A stretch of DNA of 39,349 nt from an uncultured Candidatus Saccharibacteria bacterium (GTDB lineage Bacteria; Patescibacteriota; Minisyncoccia; Phycocordibacterales; UBA1006), in assembly GCA_964489785.1 (NCBI GenBank), contig CAZAZY010000003.1, positions 11,174-50,522 of the forward strand, given 5' to 3'. The translations under genes and the position numbers were made by a program. How positions within the stretch are numbered: the stretch's first letter is position 1; every line of letters starts with the position of its first letter. The notes below the pieces were generated by a model that saw only the letters and a list, made by a program, of their open reading frames with translations, made no database searches and was not told where the DNA came from. Shown one piece after another: positions 1 to 8,125 of this stretch.

Positions 1-45
1 ACATCCTCTTGCTTTTTTTATAATTTCCAGTATACTGGCTCTCAT

Positions 46-264
46 ATGGTTATACGAATGCGACATACGCGATCACATACACGCAACAGACGAAGTCATC
101 ATGCTTTGGAATCAATAGGTATTTCTGTGGATGCTGAAACAAAAAGCCCACATTTACGACACCATGTTGATGCTAAAACAGGCCGATATAAAGGCCGACA
201 AGTGATTGATGTTGTTGCCAAAGTGGCAAAGAAACAAAGTAAAGCAAATACCAAGACTGCTTAG
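46..264 (+). CDS. rpmF: 50S ribosomal protein L32
   Basis: 72-aa basic ORF. N-terminus MVIRMRHTRSHTRNRRSHHAL fits the L32 hallmark (xTRSxxRxRRSHxAL). An alternative start lies at 58. Confidence 0.85.
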   Translation: MVIRMRHTRSHTRNRRSHHALESIGISVDAETKSPHLRHHVDAKTGRYKGRQVIDVVAKVAKKQSKANTKTA

Positions 265-318
265 TCAGCGTCCTGGTATTTTTGTTATTTAATTTTTTTG
301 ATCTAGTTTATATTATTT

Positions 319-1221
319 ATGTCTACTCGACATCTTGCTCGTTCAATTGTTATGCAGACCTTGTTTGAATGGGACATGGGATCTCATGATGATAATCAGG
401 TGATGAATCTTTTTCATCGTAATGTTGAAGAATTTGCACCTGGGGTTGAAGATATGAAGTTTTTTGAAGATATGTTGGCTGGTATCATCAAAAAGCGTCA
501 GATTCTCGATGATATATTACAAAAGGCTGCTCCTGAATGGCCTTTGGAAAAAATTTCTTCTGTTGATAGAAATGTTCTTCGTGTTGGGTTATACGAATTA
601 GTTTTTGGTGATCGTACCGAAGTTCCTCCAAAAGTTGCTATTAATGAAGCTATCGAATTGGCAAAAACTTTTGGTGGTGAAAACAGTGGACGTTTTGTAA
701 ATGGTGTTTTGGGTGCAGTATACAAAGAACTAGGGGAACCAGACAAAGATCAGCCTTCTAAAAAAGAAAAAGATCAAAACACAAATAAAAAAGCTTTTCC
801 TATCGAGAAAAAAGGAGGTGCAGTAATCTTTTCTCGGGATGATGTTGGTGTTGTTCGTTTTGCGATGGTACATGATGTATTTGGATATTGGACACTGTCA
901 AAAGGCGGTATTGATGATGCAGAATCAGAAGAAGAAGGAACAAAACGAGAAATCAAAGAAGAATTAGGTCTGGATATTTCTATCATCAAAAAATTGGGTG
1001 AAAATGAATACATGGCATCTCATCCCGAAAAAGGAAAAATACGAAAACAAGTTATGTACTTTTTGGCAGAATCTCCTTATCAATCATTACGTATAGAAAA
1101 CGAATCAGGTGGGTTGGATGATGTACGCTGGTTTACCGCTGATGAAATACCCGGATTGAATATCTATGATGATGTTATGAAGATGCTTGCTTTGGCTTTG
1201 GAACACGTTAAAAATCAATAA
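319..1221 (+). CDS. nusB: NusB antitermination factor fused to a C-terminal Nudix hydrolase domain
   Basis: N-terminal ~140 aa are NusB-like (RHLARSIVMQTLFEWD, DRNVLRVGLYEL, PPKVAINEAIELAKTFGGENSGRFVNGVLG). A Lys-rich linker follows, then a domain with a perfect Nudix box, GGIDDAESEEEGTKREIKEELGL (Gx5Ex7REUxEExGU). Confidence 0.85.
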   Translation: MSTRHLARSIVMQTLFEWDMGSHDDNQVMNLFHRNVEEFAPGVEDMKFFEDMLAGIIKKRQILDDILQKAAPEWPLEKISSVDRNVLRVGLYELVFGDRTEVPPKVAINEAIELAKTFGGENSGRFVNGVLGAVYKELGEPDKDQPSKKEKDQNTNKKAFPIEKKGGAVIFSRDDVGVVRFAMVHDVFGYWTLSKGGIDDAESEEEGTKREIKEELGLDISIIKKLGENEYMASHPEKGKIRKQVMYFLAESPYQSLRIENESGGLDDVRWFTADEIPGLNIYDDVMKMLALALEHVKNQ

Positions 1222-1230
1222 TACTTTACT

Positions 1231-1947
1231 ATGTCTACAAACACGATTGATACAACTGCATATTCTTTATTTGCAGAAAAACTTGGTATTACTTTTCAGG
1301 ATATTCGTTGGTTGGTTCAGGCATGTACACACCGTTCTTTTTTGAATGAAAACAGTGGTGTGGTATCTGAACATAATGAACGTTTAGAATTCTTAGGTGA
1401 TGCGGTTTTGGAATTGGTGGTTACTCATTATCTTTTTTATAAATACCCAGAACGACCCGAAGGAGAATTGACTGCTTTTCGTTCAGCATTGGTAAACACG
1501 AATACTATTTCTCAGGCTGCATCAGAATTGGGTATGAATAATTTGCTCTTATTATCAAAAGGAGAGCAACGCGATATGGGAAAAGCTCGTCACTATATTC
1601 TTGCGAATGTATACGAAGCCATGATTGGTGCATTGTATTGTGACCAAGGGTACGCATCTGCAGAAAAATTTATTTCACAAACATTATTGCCAAAGATTGA
1701 TGAAATTGTTGAACATGGTCTATGGCGTGATGCAAAAAGCTATGTACAAGAAAAATCTCAGGAAATAGAAGGTGTTACCCCGTCATATCGTGTTTTAAAA
1801 GAGGCTGGACCTGATCATGATAAAAATTTTACTATTGGAATTTATTTTGGAGAAACTTGTATTGCTGAAGGTTCAGGAAAATCAAAACAAGAAGCTGAAC
1901 AAGAAGCAGCACGAAAAGCTTTGTCTTTGAGAAAATGGGGGATATAA
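1231..1947 (+). CDS. rnc: ribonuclease III
   Basis: RNase III signature NERLEFLGDAVLELVV. C-terminal dsRBD ends in GSGKSKQEAEQEAARKAL. The 238-aa size is typical. Confidence 0.95.
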   Translation: MSTNTIDTTAYSLFAEKLGITFQDIRWLVQACTHRSFLNENSGVVSEHNERLEFLGDAVLELVVTHYLFYKYPERPEGELTAFRSALVNTNTISQAASELGMNNLLLLSKGEQRDMGKARHYILANVYEAMIGALYCDQGYASAEKFISQTLLPKIDEIVEHGLWRDAKSYVQEKSQEIEGVTPSYRVLKEAGPDHDKNFTIGIYFGETCIAEGSGKSKQEAEQEAARKALSLRKWGI

Positions 1948-1970
1948 TAGTGTTACGTGCTTAATCTTAT

Positions 1971-4256
1971 ATGATACATCGTCTTAAAACACTTTCACTT
2001 TCCGGCTTTAAATCTTTTGCAAAAACTACAGCATTAGATTTTTCTGTTCCCGTGACTGCTATTGTTGGTCCAAATGGTTCTGGAAAATCAAACGTGGTAG
2101 AGGCAATGCGTTTTGTATTGGGAGAACAATCTTTGAAATCTATGCGTGGTTCATCTGGTTCAGATATGATTTTTGGTGGATCTCGAAGTGTTTCAAAAAT
2201 GAATCGTGCATCAGTTGCGATTACTTTTGATAATCACGATCGTATTTTTCAATTGTCGGGTGATATAGGAGAACAAGATGTTTCTTTGGATTTTGATGAA
2301 ATTGTTTTAAAAAGAGAAGTTTTTTCAGATGGTACAAATGTGTACAGTATTAATGATTCTCAGGTCAGACTAAAAGATATCCAGGATTTAGTTTCTCGTG
2401 TGCATGTGGGCGCATCGGGGCATCATATTATTTCCCAGGGTGAAGCAGATCGTATTTTGCATGCATCTCCACGCGACAGACGCATGATGATTGAAGAAGC
2501 TTTGGGTTTACGTATTCACCGAATGAAAATCAAAGATGCAGAACGTAAATTGGAAAAAACTAAAACTCATATGCAAGAAGTCGAAGCGTTGCGCCGTGAA
2601 CTGGCTCCACATATTCGTTTCTTGAAAAAACAAGTAGAAAAGGTAGAACAAACTGCACTGTTGCGACAAGAATATAAAAAACAATTTGGTATGTATGCAC
2701 TGCGTGCACGTACATGGCACAAACAATCTGCAGGACAAGCAGAACAAGAATATGCACGTATTTCAAATGAAAGAAAAATCATAGAAGAATCTATGGCGCG
2801 TGCAAAAACATCGGTGGATGAATCTCCTTTGCGTGTATTGGAACAAGAATTACGAACCTGTGATGATCTGCGTCGCACCTATACTGCAGAACGAGATACA
2901 TTGGGACGTTCATTGGGGCGAGTCGAAGCATTGTTGGATGTTGCTGGGTCAACGCCAGCACCGGTAGCAAAAAAAACATCACAAGATGTAATACTACAAC
3001 AAGAAGAAACATTGGCGTGGTGTGATCATGTATTGGTATTGTGTTCTTTTTCTCCGGATATAACTACGGGTGAAATGTTGTCTAGAATGGAATCACTGCG
3101 AAAAGATATTCTTTTATTCAAAGAAAAGATTCAAAAAGGTTCTTCTATTCCAGAACAGGAAATTCCATCTCGTGTCGTGCATGATGTACAGGCTTTAGAA
3201 CAAGAAAAAAGAGAAATCGAACAAAAAATAAAAAATCTGGAAATGCAAATCCAAGATATTGATACTCGACAACAATCAACCAGAAACCAGATTGCGGAAT
3301 TTCATGAAGAGGGGCGCAAAAAAGAACATGTATTTTATGAACTAGCAACACAGGCACATACACTAAAAAGCAAAGAAGAAACATTACGATTCCACGTAGA
3401 TGCATATGGTCGGTTTTACCAACGATTAATTGATGATGAAGAAGAATCTCGGATATTGGTTGGCTATAATCCGTCAGAAGTAATTTCTGATGCATCGTTG
3501 GTTGATGTGCATGACAATGAAGATATTTTGGCAAACATGCGCCATGAATTAGAAAGAATTAAAATTCGTATCGAAGATGCGGGTGGTGGTTCTGGTGATG
3601 ATATTGTAAAAGAATACAATGAAACTATCGAACGCGATCAATTTTTGGAAAAAGAATTGGGGGACATTTGGGGAACTGTTGTATCATTAGAAGATTTGAT
3701 TAAATCTTTGGTAGAAAGAATCGAACATGATTTTACGTCGGGCGTGAAAAAGATTAACGACCATTTTGGTGAATTAGTTTCTGTTATGTTTGGTGGCGGT
3801 ACGGGGTCTTTGGTTTTAGCAGATATTTCAAAGAAAAAAATTCAGAAAACAGAAGAGGGGGATGAAATTGATGTTGTTGACGAAGAAGAAGCCGAAAAAG
3901 AAATAGGGGTTATTTTAAAAGTGACCTTGCCAAGAAAAAATATCAAATCATTGGATATGCTATCGGGTGGGGAAAGATCATTGGTTTCTATTGCTGCATT
4001 GTTTGCATTATCTCAGGTAAATCCACCACCATTTTTGGTATTAGATGAAACAGATGCTGCATTGGACGAGGCAAACAGTCGCCGATATGGTGATATGTTG
4101 GAAAAATTGTCTACCGTATCTCAGTTGGTTGTGGTGACGCATAACCGGGAAACTATGTCTCGGGCAAATATTTTATATGGAGTAACGATGAGTAATGATG
4201 GGGTATCTCAATTATTGTCAGTAAAATTCGACGAAGCGGTAGCTGTGGCGAAATAA
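1971..4256 (+). CDS. smc: SMC-family chromosome segregation ATPase, short form (761 aa)
   Basis: N-terminal head with Walker A GPNGSGKSNVVEAMRFVLGEQS. C-terminal head with signature LSGGERSLVSIAALFAL and Walker B FLVLDETDAALD. The middle is long and charged, coiled-coil-like. The rnc-smc adjacency is conserved. Confidence 0.85.
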   Translation: MIHRLKTLSLSGFKSFAKTTALDFSVPVTAIVGPNGSGKSNVVEAMRFVLGEQSLKSMRGSSGSDMIFGGSRSVSKMNRASVAITFDNHDRIFQLSGDIGEQDVSLDFDEIVLKREVFSDGTNVYSINDSQVRLKDIQDLVSRVHVGASGHHIISQGEADRILHASPRDRRMMIEEALGLRIHRMKIKDAERKLEKTKTHMQEVEALRRELAPHIRFLKKQVEKVEQTALLRQEYKKQFGMYALRARTWHKQSAGQAEQEYARISNERKIIEESMARAKTSVDESPLRVLEQELRTCDDLRRTYTAERDTLGRSLGRVEALLDVAGSTPAPVAKKTSQDVILQQEETLAWCDHVLVLCSFSPDITTGEMLSRMESLRKDILLFKEKIQKGSSIPEQEIPSRVVHDVQALEQEKREIEQKIKNLEMQIQDIDTRQQSTRNQIAEFHEEGRKKEHVFYELATQAHTLKSKEETLRFHVDAYGRFYQRLIDDEEESRILVGYNPSEVISDASLVDVHDNEDILANMRHELERIKIRIEDAGGGSGDDIVKEYNETIERDQFLEKELGDIWGTVVSLEDLIKSLVERIEHDFTSGVKKINDHFGELVSVMFGGGTGSLVLADISKKKIQKTEEGDEIDVVDEEEAEKEIGVILKVTLPRKNIKSLDMLSGGERSLVSIAALFALSQVNPPPFLVLDETDAALDEANSRRYGDMLEKLSTVSQLVVVTHNRETMSRANILYGVTMSNDGVSQLLSVKFDEAVAVAK

Positions 4257-4285
4257 TTACTGCTACAAAAGGGGTGAATATGTAT

Positions 4286-4314
4286 TTGACATTATACATT
4301 AAATAATGTATAAT
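4286..4314 (+). promoter_or_regulatory. consensus sigma70-type promoter (TTGACA-17-TATAAT) with overlapping inverted repeat
   Basis: TTGACA at 4286-4291 and TATAAT at 4309-4314, with a 17-nt spacer. Inverted repeat CATTATACATT / AATGTATAAT lies at 4290-4300 / 4305-4314. TGAAT(AT)GTATT copies sit at 4275-4286 and 4316-4325. Confidence 0.7.
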
Positions 4315-4362
4315 ATGAATGTATTATCAATTGCAAAATCTTTTTAGTATAATTATATTTAT

Positions 4363-7300
4363 ATGAATGAAACTTTACCCGGTGGTGTTCCTAGATCTAA
4401 AGAAGAGATCTCTGAAGATGCTAAAAATAAAGCATTGGAAAAAATTAAAAAGGGTATTTCAGTTGTAAACATAGAAGAAATTGCAGAAGCAGAAGCAAAA
4501 AAAGCTGCGGATGCATATATGACAGAATCAAAATCTGGAGCTGGGTTTCTTAAAAAACTTTGGAAACATACTTTTTTTGATGAATATTATCGACAACGAG
4601 AAATAAACAAAGTTCGTGAAGAAATAAAAAATACAGGAAATATTTATACACGTAGATCGGAAAAATCAAATCCAGATCATGTTGCTGCTATGAGCGCTAT
4701 TACAGAACGATTTGTTTCTGAATATGAAGGTACGCTAAGTGAAGAAGAAGAGAAAAAAGTTCTCGATGCAAAAGATACAAAAACCATTACTGCAAAAACA
4801 AACATTCAAGATATTGTACAAAAATATGCACAGGGTCTCATATCAAAAGAAGTTTTTATAAACGAAAAAAATCGTGTTTTAAATACATTGGAAAATGATG
4901 ATACGACAAAAGGTCCTAACATGTATGCGGATAATCTTTTGGAAATTGCAGAAAATGCCCGTCTGGCAGTTGAACATGGTGCATCCATAAAAGAATTAGA
5001 TTTGGAAACAAATATTATTTTAGGAAAAGCAAAAAGTAGTCTAAAAACAGAAGCACATTTTAATATGGTTGACCGTGGTGTTGATTGGATGAAAAAATCA
5101 AAAGTCGGACGATTTGTCAGCCCTGCTGTTTTATCTACAGGAGTTGGGATTGCATATTCTCTTAGTGTTGGATTGGGTAAAAAAGCATTAGGATCTCAGG
5201 CTGCTGCGTGGGGTACGTTTGGTGCAGCTGTTGCGGTATCCAGTGCATTTGCTGGTATGAATGAAAGTCAGCGCGTTGCATTAGAACGCGCTCAACATGG
5301 ACTAGAAATGGCCGAGGGTGGAACATTTGAAAAAGATTCAAAACGCCGAGAGCAAATAGACCAGTATCAATACCAAATGGAAAAATCATCTGATTTGGCA
5401 GCTGCATTGCGTGGTCTTGTTTTTGAAAAAGATGCCAAAGGAAATGAAACAATAAAAAATATCAAAGAAGAAGAAATGAGTGCAATCTTTGCACAATTGG
5501 CTGCTATTGAAGCACGAAATTCTTTGAATGCAAAAAAGAAAATCGATCTCATCTCATATACTGATATTGGTAGTGTAGAAAAAGAAAGAACTGATTTAAC
5601 TATTTTGACTGCAAAAGCAAAAGTAGAATTACGAAAGAAAATAGAAGCCGGATTAAAAGGAGGAATTCCAGAAGGGGAAACTTTTGATACCTATCTTGCA
5701 AAACAAGCAAAAACCGTAGAAGATTCTTTGATGGGTGGCGAGCGGGGTATCTCTGCACAAGACAGGGCATTTAGTAAATACAAGGCAAAACGTGTTGCAA
5801 TGAAAGTGGGAGCAACTGCTCTGAGTGGTCTTGTAATTGGCGGTGCTGTACAAGAGGCAGTGGCATTTTTCAAAGATGATACCCAGGGTATTATCGAAGG
5901 TTTCTTAAAAAATGGTGGAGATGAAAATAGGATTCAAACCCCATTGGAACATTTGCGTGGATGGATAATGAATGATCCGTCTACTATGGGTCTCGATAAT
6001 CCTGTAACAACAAATATCGATGGAATCACATTTAATACACCAGAAGGAACCAGTATTATAAAAAATGCAGATGAAACCTTTGACGTTCTCAAGGGTGATA
6101 CTGTTATTTCAGACAATATTAAATTATCTTTTGATGCAGATGGTAATTTAGATGCTGGATCTTTGGCTCGATTAGGGGAAACTGGTGTTGTTGCAAATAC
6201 TACACATACATTGGTAGAAAGTACAAAACAAATAATCCAGACAGCAGCAGAATATGTGGAAACTCATGAAGGAACTCAACATATTACCCGTGATGCTTGG
6301 TATGACAACGATACATCTATTTTTGATAAAAATGAATTACGTCTTGATTGGGGTGGTGGTACAGGAATCGATGCAGATGGTAACTATGTTCTTAATATGG
6401 CGCGTATGGCAGAAGATGGATCTTTTCATGATGGTTTTTTAGTAGATGCACAAGAAAAAATGAAAGATGGGGCATTAAAAATGATTTTCTCGTTATCTCA
6501 GGATACACAACATCATGTATTTGAAGTTCCTATAGATACAAACGGGAATGCAGTAATTGATCCAAATAGTGAAATGGGAAAATTATTTTTTGCTACAGAA
6601 AACGGTCAAGCTGTTTTCAAGGGGCGTTTTGCTGAAGTCGTACAGTCATTTGGTGAGCAAAATGGTGTTGAGCACGTAAAACCATTGGCAACATTGGTTG
6701 GTGAAAATAATGACACTATTGAATCAATAATTCCTGTACACGTTGATCATCCGGTGCATAATCTGGAATTACCATTAGATACAGAGCCTCCTTATTTTAT
6801 TCCCGTTGTTCCACGAACACCATTGGAAACACTAATGAAGAAAAAAGAAAAAGAAGCAGGCAAAAAATCTGGTGGGCCCATTATTGCTCCTATTATTGTC
6901 GAAGATGAAAAGAAAAAGAAGGGAATTGATGAGTCAATAAAAGTAACCCAAGAAGAATACCGGGGTATGCAAGATGATCTGAAAATGATAAACAAAAAAA
7001 TTCAATCATCTGAAGGAATTATTACCGTTACAGAAAATGATTTCAAATCTGCGTATGGAAAGAAACGTTATCGAGAATTATCTTTTATTCAAGAAGGTAT
7101 TCCGGTAACCTTTAATAAAGCCGAAATGCAGGCTATTGGAGATGAACTAGAAGGAATGCTTTCTCGTGCCACTGTAATTATCCCAGAAGAGGCTATAGCG
7201 GTTAGTCCAGAAAAATCACCGGATGCAATGAAAAAAGACATTGAGATGTTAAATAAAAAAATTCAATCATCTGAGGGTATTATTATGATTTCAGAAGGGG

Positions 7301-7770
7301 ATTTTTCTTCTGAGTATGGACGTAACAAATATCAGGAAATGAAAAACATTCCAGATGGTAAGCCGGTGGTATTTAACAAGACCGAATTAGATATTATTGC
7401 AACAGGATTAGAAGCTCTTCTTGTTGGTAATAAAGAAGAAGCGGTAGAGGTGAAGGCAATCAAAGAAAAAGCTGGAGAAACGGCAAAAGTGGGTGGCCCT
7501 ATTGTAGCTCCTATCATCGTACAGGAAAAACCAAAAGATTCTTCGTTAGAGCAGGTATTTACCAGTGCTGATCTATTAAAAACAGGAACAGAATTCGAAG
7601 ATACCAAAAATACCTACAAAATAATCAAAGTTGGGGGTTGGATTTTCAAAGATATGAAAGTTGAAGTTACAAGTAAGGAAACAGGTGAAGTTTCGAAAGA
7701 TAGTTTTAGTGTCAGCGATGCAGAAAATGCATTCAAACAAGGTTCTATTACCATTACAAAAATAATATAA
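4363..7770 (+). CDS. large hypothetical membrane protein (1135 aa) with internal tandem repeats
   Basis: Long uninterrupted ORF. The N-terminus is charged. Hydrophobic segments include VSPAVLSTGVGIAYSLSVGL, AAAWGTFGAAVAVSSAFAG and VGATALSGLVIGGAVQEAVAFF. A large Asp/Gly/Thr-rich region and two 87-aa repeats follow. I recognise no family. Confidence 0.75.
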   Translation: MNETLPGGVPRSKEEISEDAKNKALEKIKKGISVVNIEEIAEAEAKKAADAYMTESKSGAGFLKKLWKHTFFDEYYRQREINKVREEIKNTGNIYTRRSEKSNPDHVAAMSAITERFVSEYEGTLSEEEEKKVLDAKDTKTITAKTNIQDIVQKYAQGLISKEVFINEKNRVLNTLENDDTTKGPNMYADNLLEIAENARLAVEHGASIKELDLETNIILGKAKSSLKTEAHFNMVDRGVDWMKKSKVGRFVSPAVLSTGVGIAYSLSVGLGKKALGSQAAAWGTFGAAVAVSSAFAGMNESQRVALERAQHGLEMAEGGTFEKDSKRREQIDQYQYQMEKSSDLAAALRGLVFEKDAKGNETIKNIKEEEMSAIFAQLAAIEARNSLNAKKKIDLISYTDIGSVEKERTDLTILTAKAKVELRKKIEAGLKGGIPEGETFDTYLAKQAKTVEDSLMGGERGISAQDRAFSKYKAKRVAMKVGATALSGLVIGGAVQEAVAFFKDDTQGIIEGFLKNGGDENRIQTPLEHLRGWIMNDPSTMGLDNPVTTNIDGITFNTPEGTSIIKNADETFDVLKGDTVISDNIKLSFDADGNLDAGSLARLGETGVVANTTHTLVESTKQIIQTAAEYVETHEGTQHITRDAWYDNDTSIFDKNELRLDWGGGTGIDADGNYVLNMARMAEDGSFHDGFLVDAQEKMKDGALKMIFSLSQDTQHHVFEVPIDTNGNAVIDPNSEMGKLFFATENGQAVFKGRFAEVVQSFGEQNGVEHVKPLATLVGENNDTIESIIPVHVDHPVHNLELPLDTEPPYFIPVVPRTPLETLMKKKEKEAGKKSGGPIIAPIIVEDEKKKKGIDESIKVTQEEYRGMQDDLKMINKKIQSSEGIITVTENDFKSAYGKKRYRELSFIQEGIPVTFNKAEMQAIGDELEGMLSRATVIIPEEAIAVSPEKSPDAMKKDIEMLNKKIQSSEGIIMISEGDFSSEYGRNKYQEMKNIPDGKPVVFNKTELDIIATGLEALLVGNKEEAVEVKAIKEKAGETAKVGGPIVAPIIVQEKPKDSSLEQVFTSADLLKTGTEFEDTKNTYKIIKVGGWIFKDMKVEVTSKETGEVSKDSFSVSDAENAFKQGSITITKII
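6967..7488 (+). repeat. in-frame tandem duplication, 2 x 261 nt (87 aa), inside the 1135-aa ORF
   Basis: MQDDLKMINKKIQSSEGIITVTENDFKSAYGKKRYRE... (from 6967) versus MKKDIEMLNKKIQSSEGIIMISEGDFSSEYGRNKYQE... (from 7228). The pair is bracketed by the motif GGPI(I/V)APIIV at 6871-6900 and 7492-7521. Confidence 0.85.
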
Positions 7771-7777
7771 ATACACC

Positions 7778-8083
7778 ATGAATCAAAATCTTAATTTAGA
7801 ATCATTTGTCGATCGATTGTACGAAGAAAAGAAATTTCCAGCAGATTTGGAAAAAGAAGTTGCTGATCAAATTAAATCAGATTTATTAAATCAATTAGAG
7901 GATCGTATTAATGCCGTGATTATTAGTAATTTATCTACTGAAAAATTAGAAGAATTTAATACACTTTTAGATGCCGATACAGCAGATGAGCAAATGCAAG
8001 AATTCTTTCTTTCTGCAATTCCTGATCTATCCCAATTAATTGCGGCAGAATTATTGGTTTTCAAACAATCATATCTAGCATAA
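7778..8083 (+). CDS. small acidic hypothetical protein (101 aa)
   Basis: ORF starts 8 nt after the stop of the 1135-aa gene and is followed by a strong terminator. It is Glu/Asp/Leu-rich and predicted helical. No family recognised. Confidence 0.6.
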   Translation: MNQNLNLESFVDRLYEEKKFPADLEKEVADQIKSDLLNQLEDRINAVIISNLSTEKLEEFNTLLDADTADEQMQEFFLSAIPDLSQLIAAELLVFKQSYLA

Positions 8084-8093
8084 TTACTATATT

Positions 8094-8122
8094 AAAAAAA
8101 CCGCACATTGTGCGGTTTTTTT
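8094..8122. terminator. bidirectional rho-independent terminator
   Basis: AAAAAAA-CCGCAC-ATT-GTGCGG-TTTTTTT between convergent genes. Confidence 0.85.
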
Positions 8123-8125
8123 CAT

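Noticed and set aside
498-1013. Antisense ORFs inside the NusB-Nudix gene, and similar 60-130-aa antisense or out-of-frame ORFs throughout (e.g. 2508-3534, 8777-10349, 12218-12526, 30367-30942, 31619-32065, 33706-34098, 36647-36982)
   Set aside because: They overlap well-supported genes, have low-complexity or Cys/Phe-rich compositions typical of shadow ORFs in AT-rich DNA, and have no recognisable motifs.
6967-7488. Checked the internal repeats of the 1135-aa gene, and the helicase repeats, for a diversity-generating retroelement TR/VR pattern
   Set aside because: Differences between copies involve all four bases rather than adenine-specific substitutions, and no reverse transcriptase gene is present in the window.
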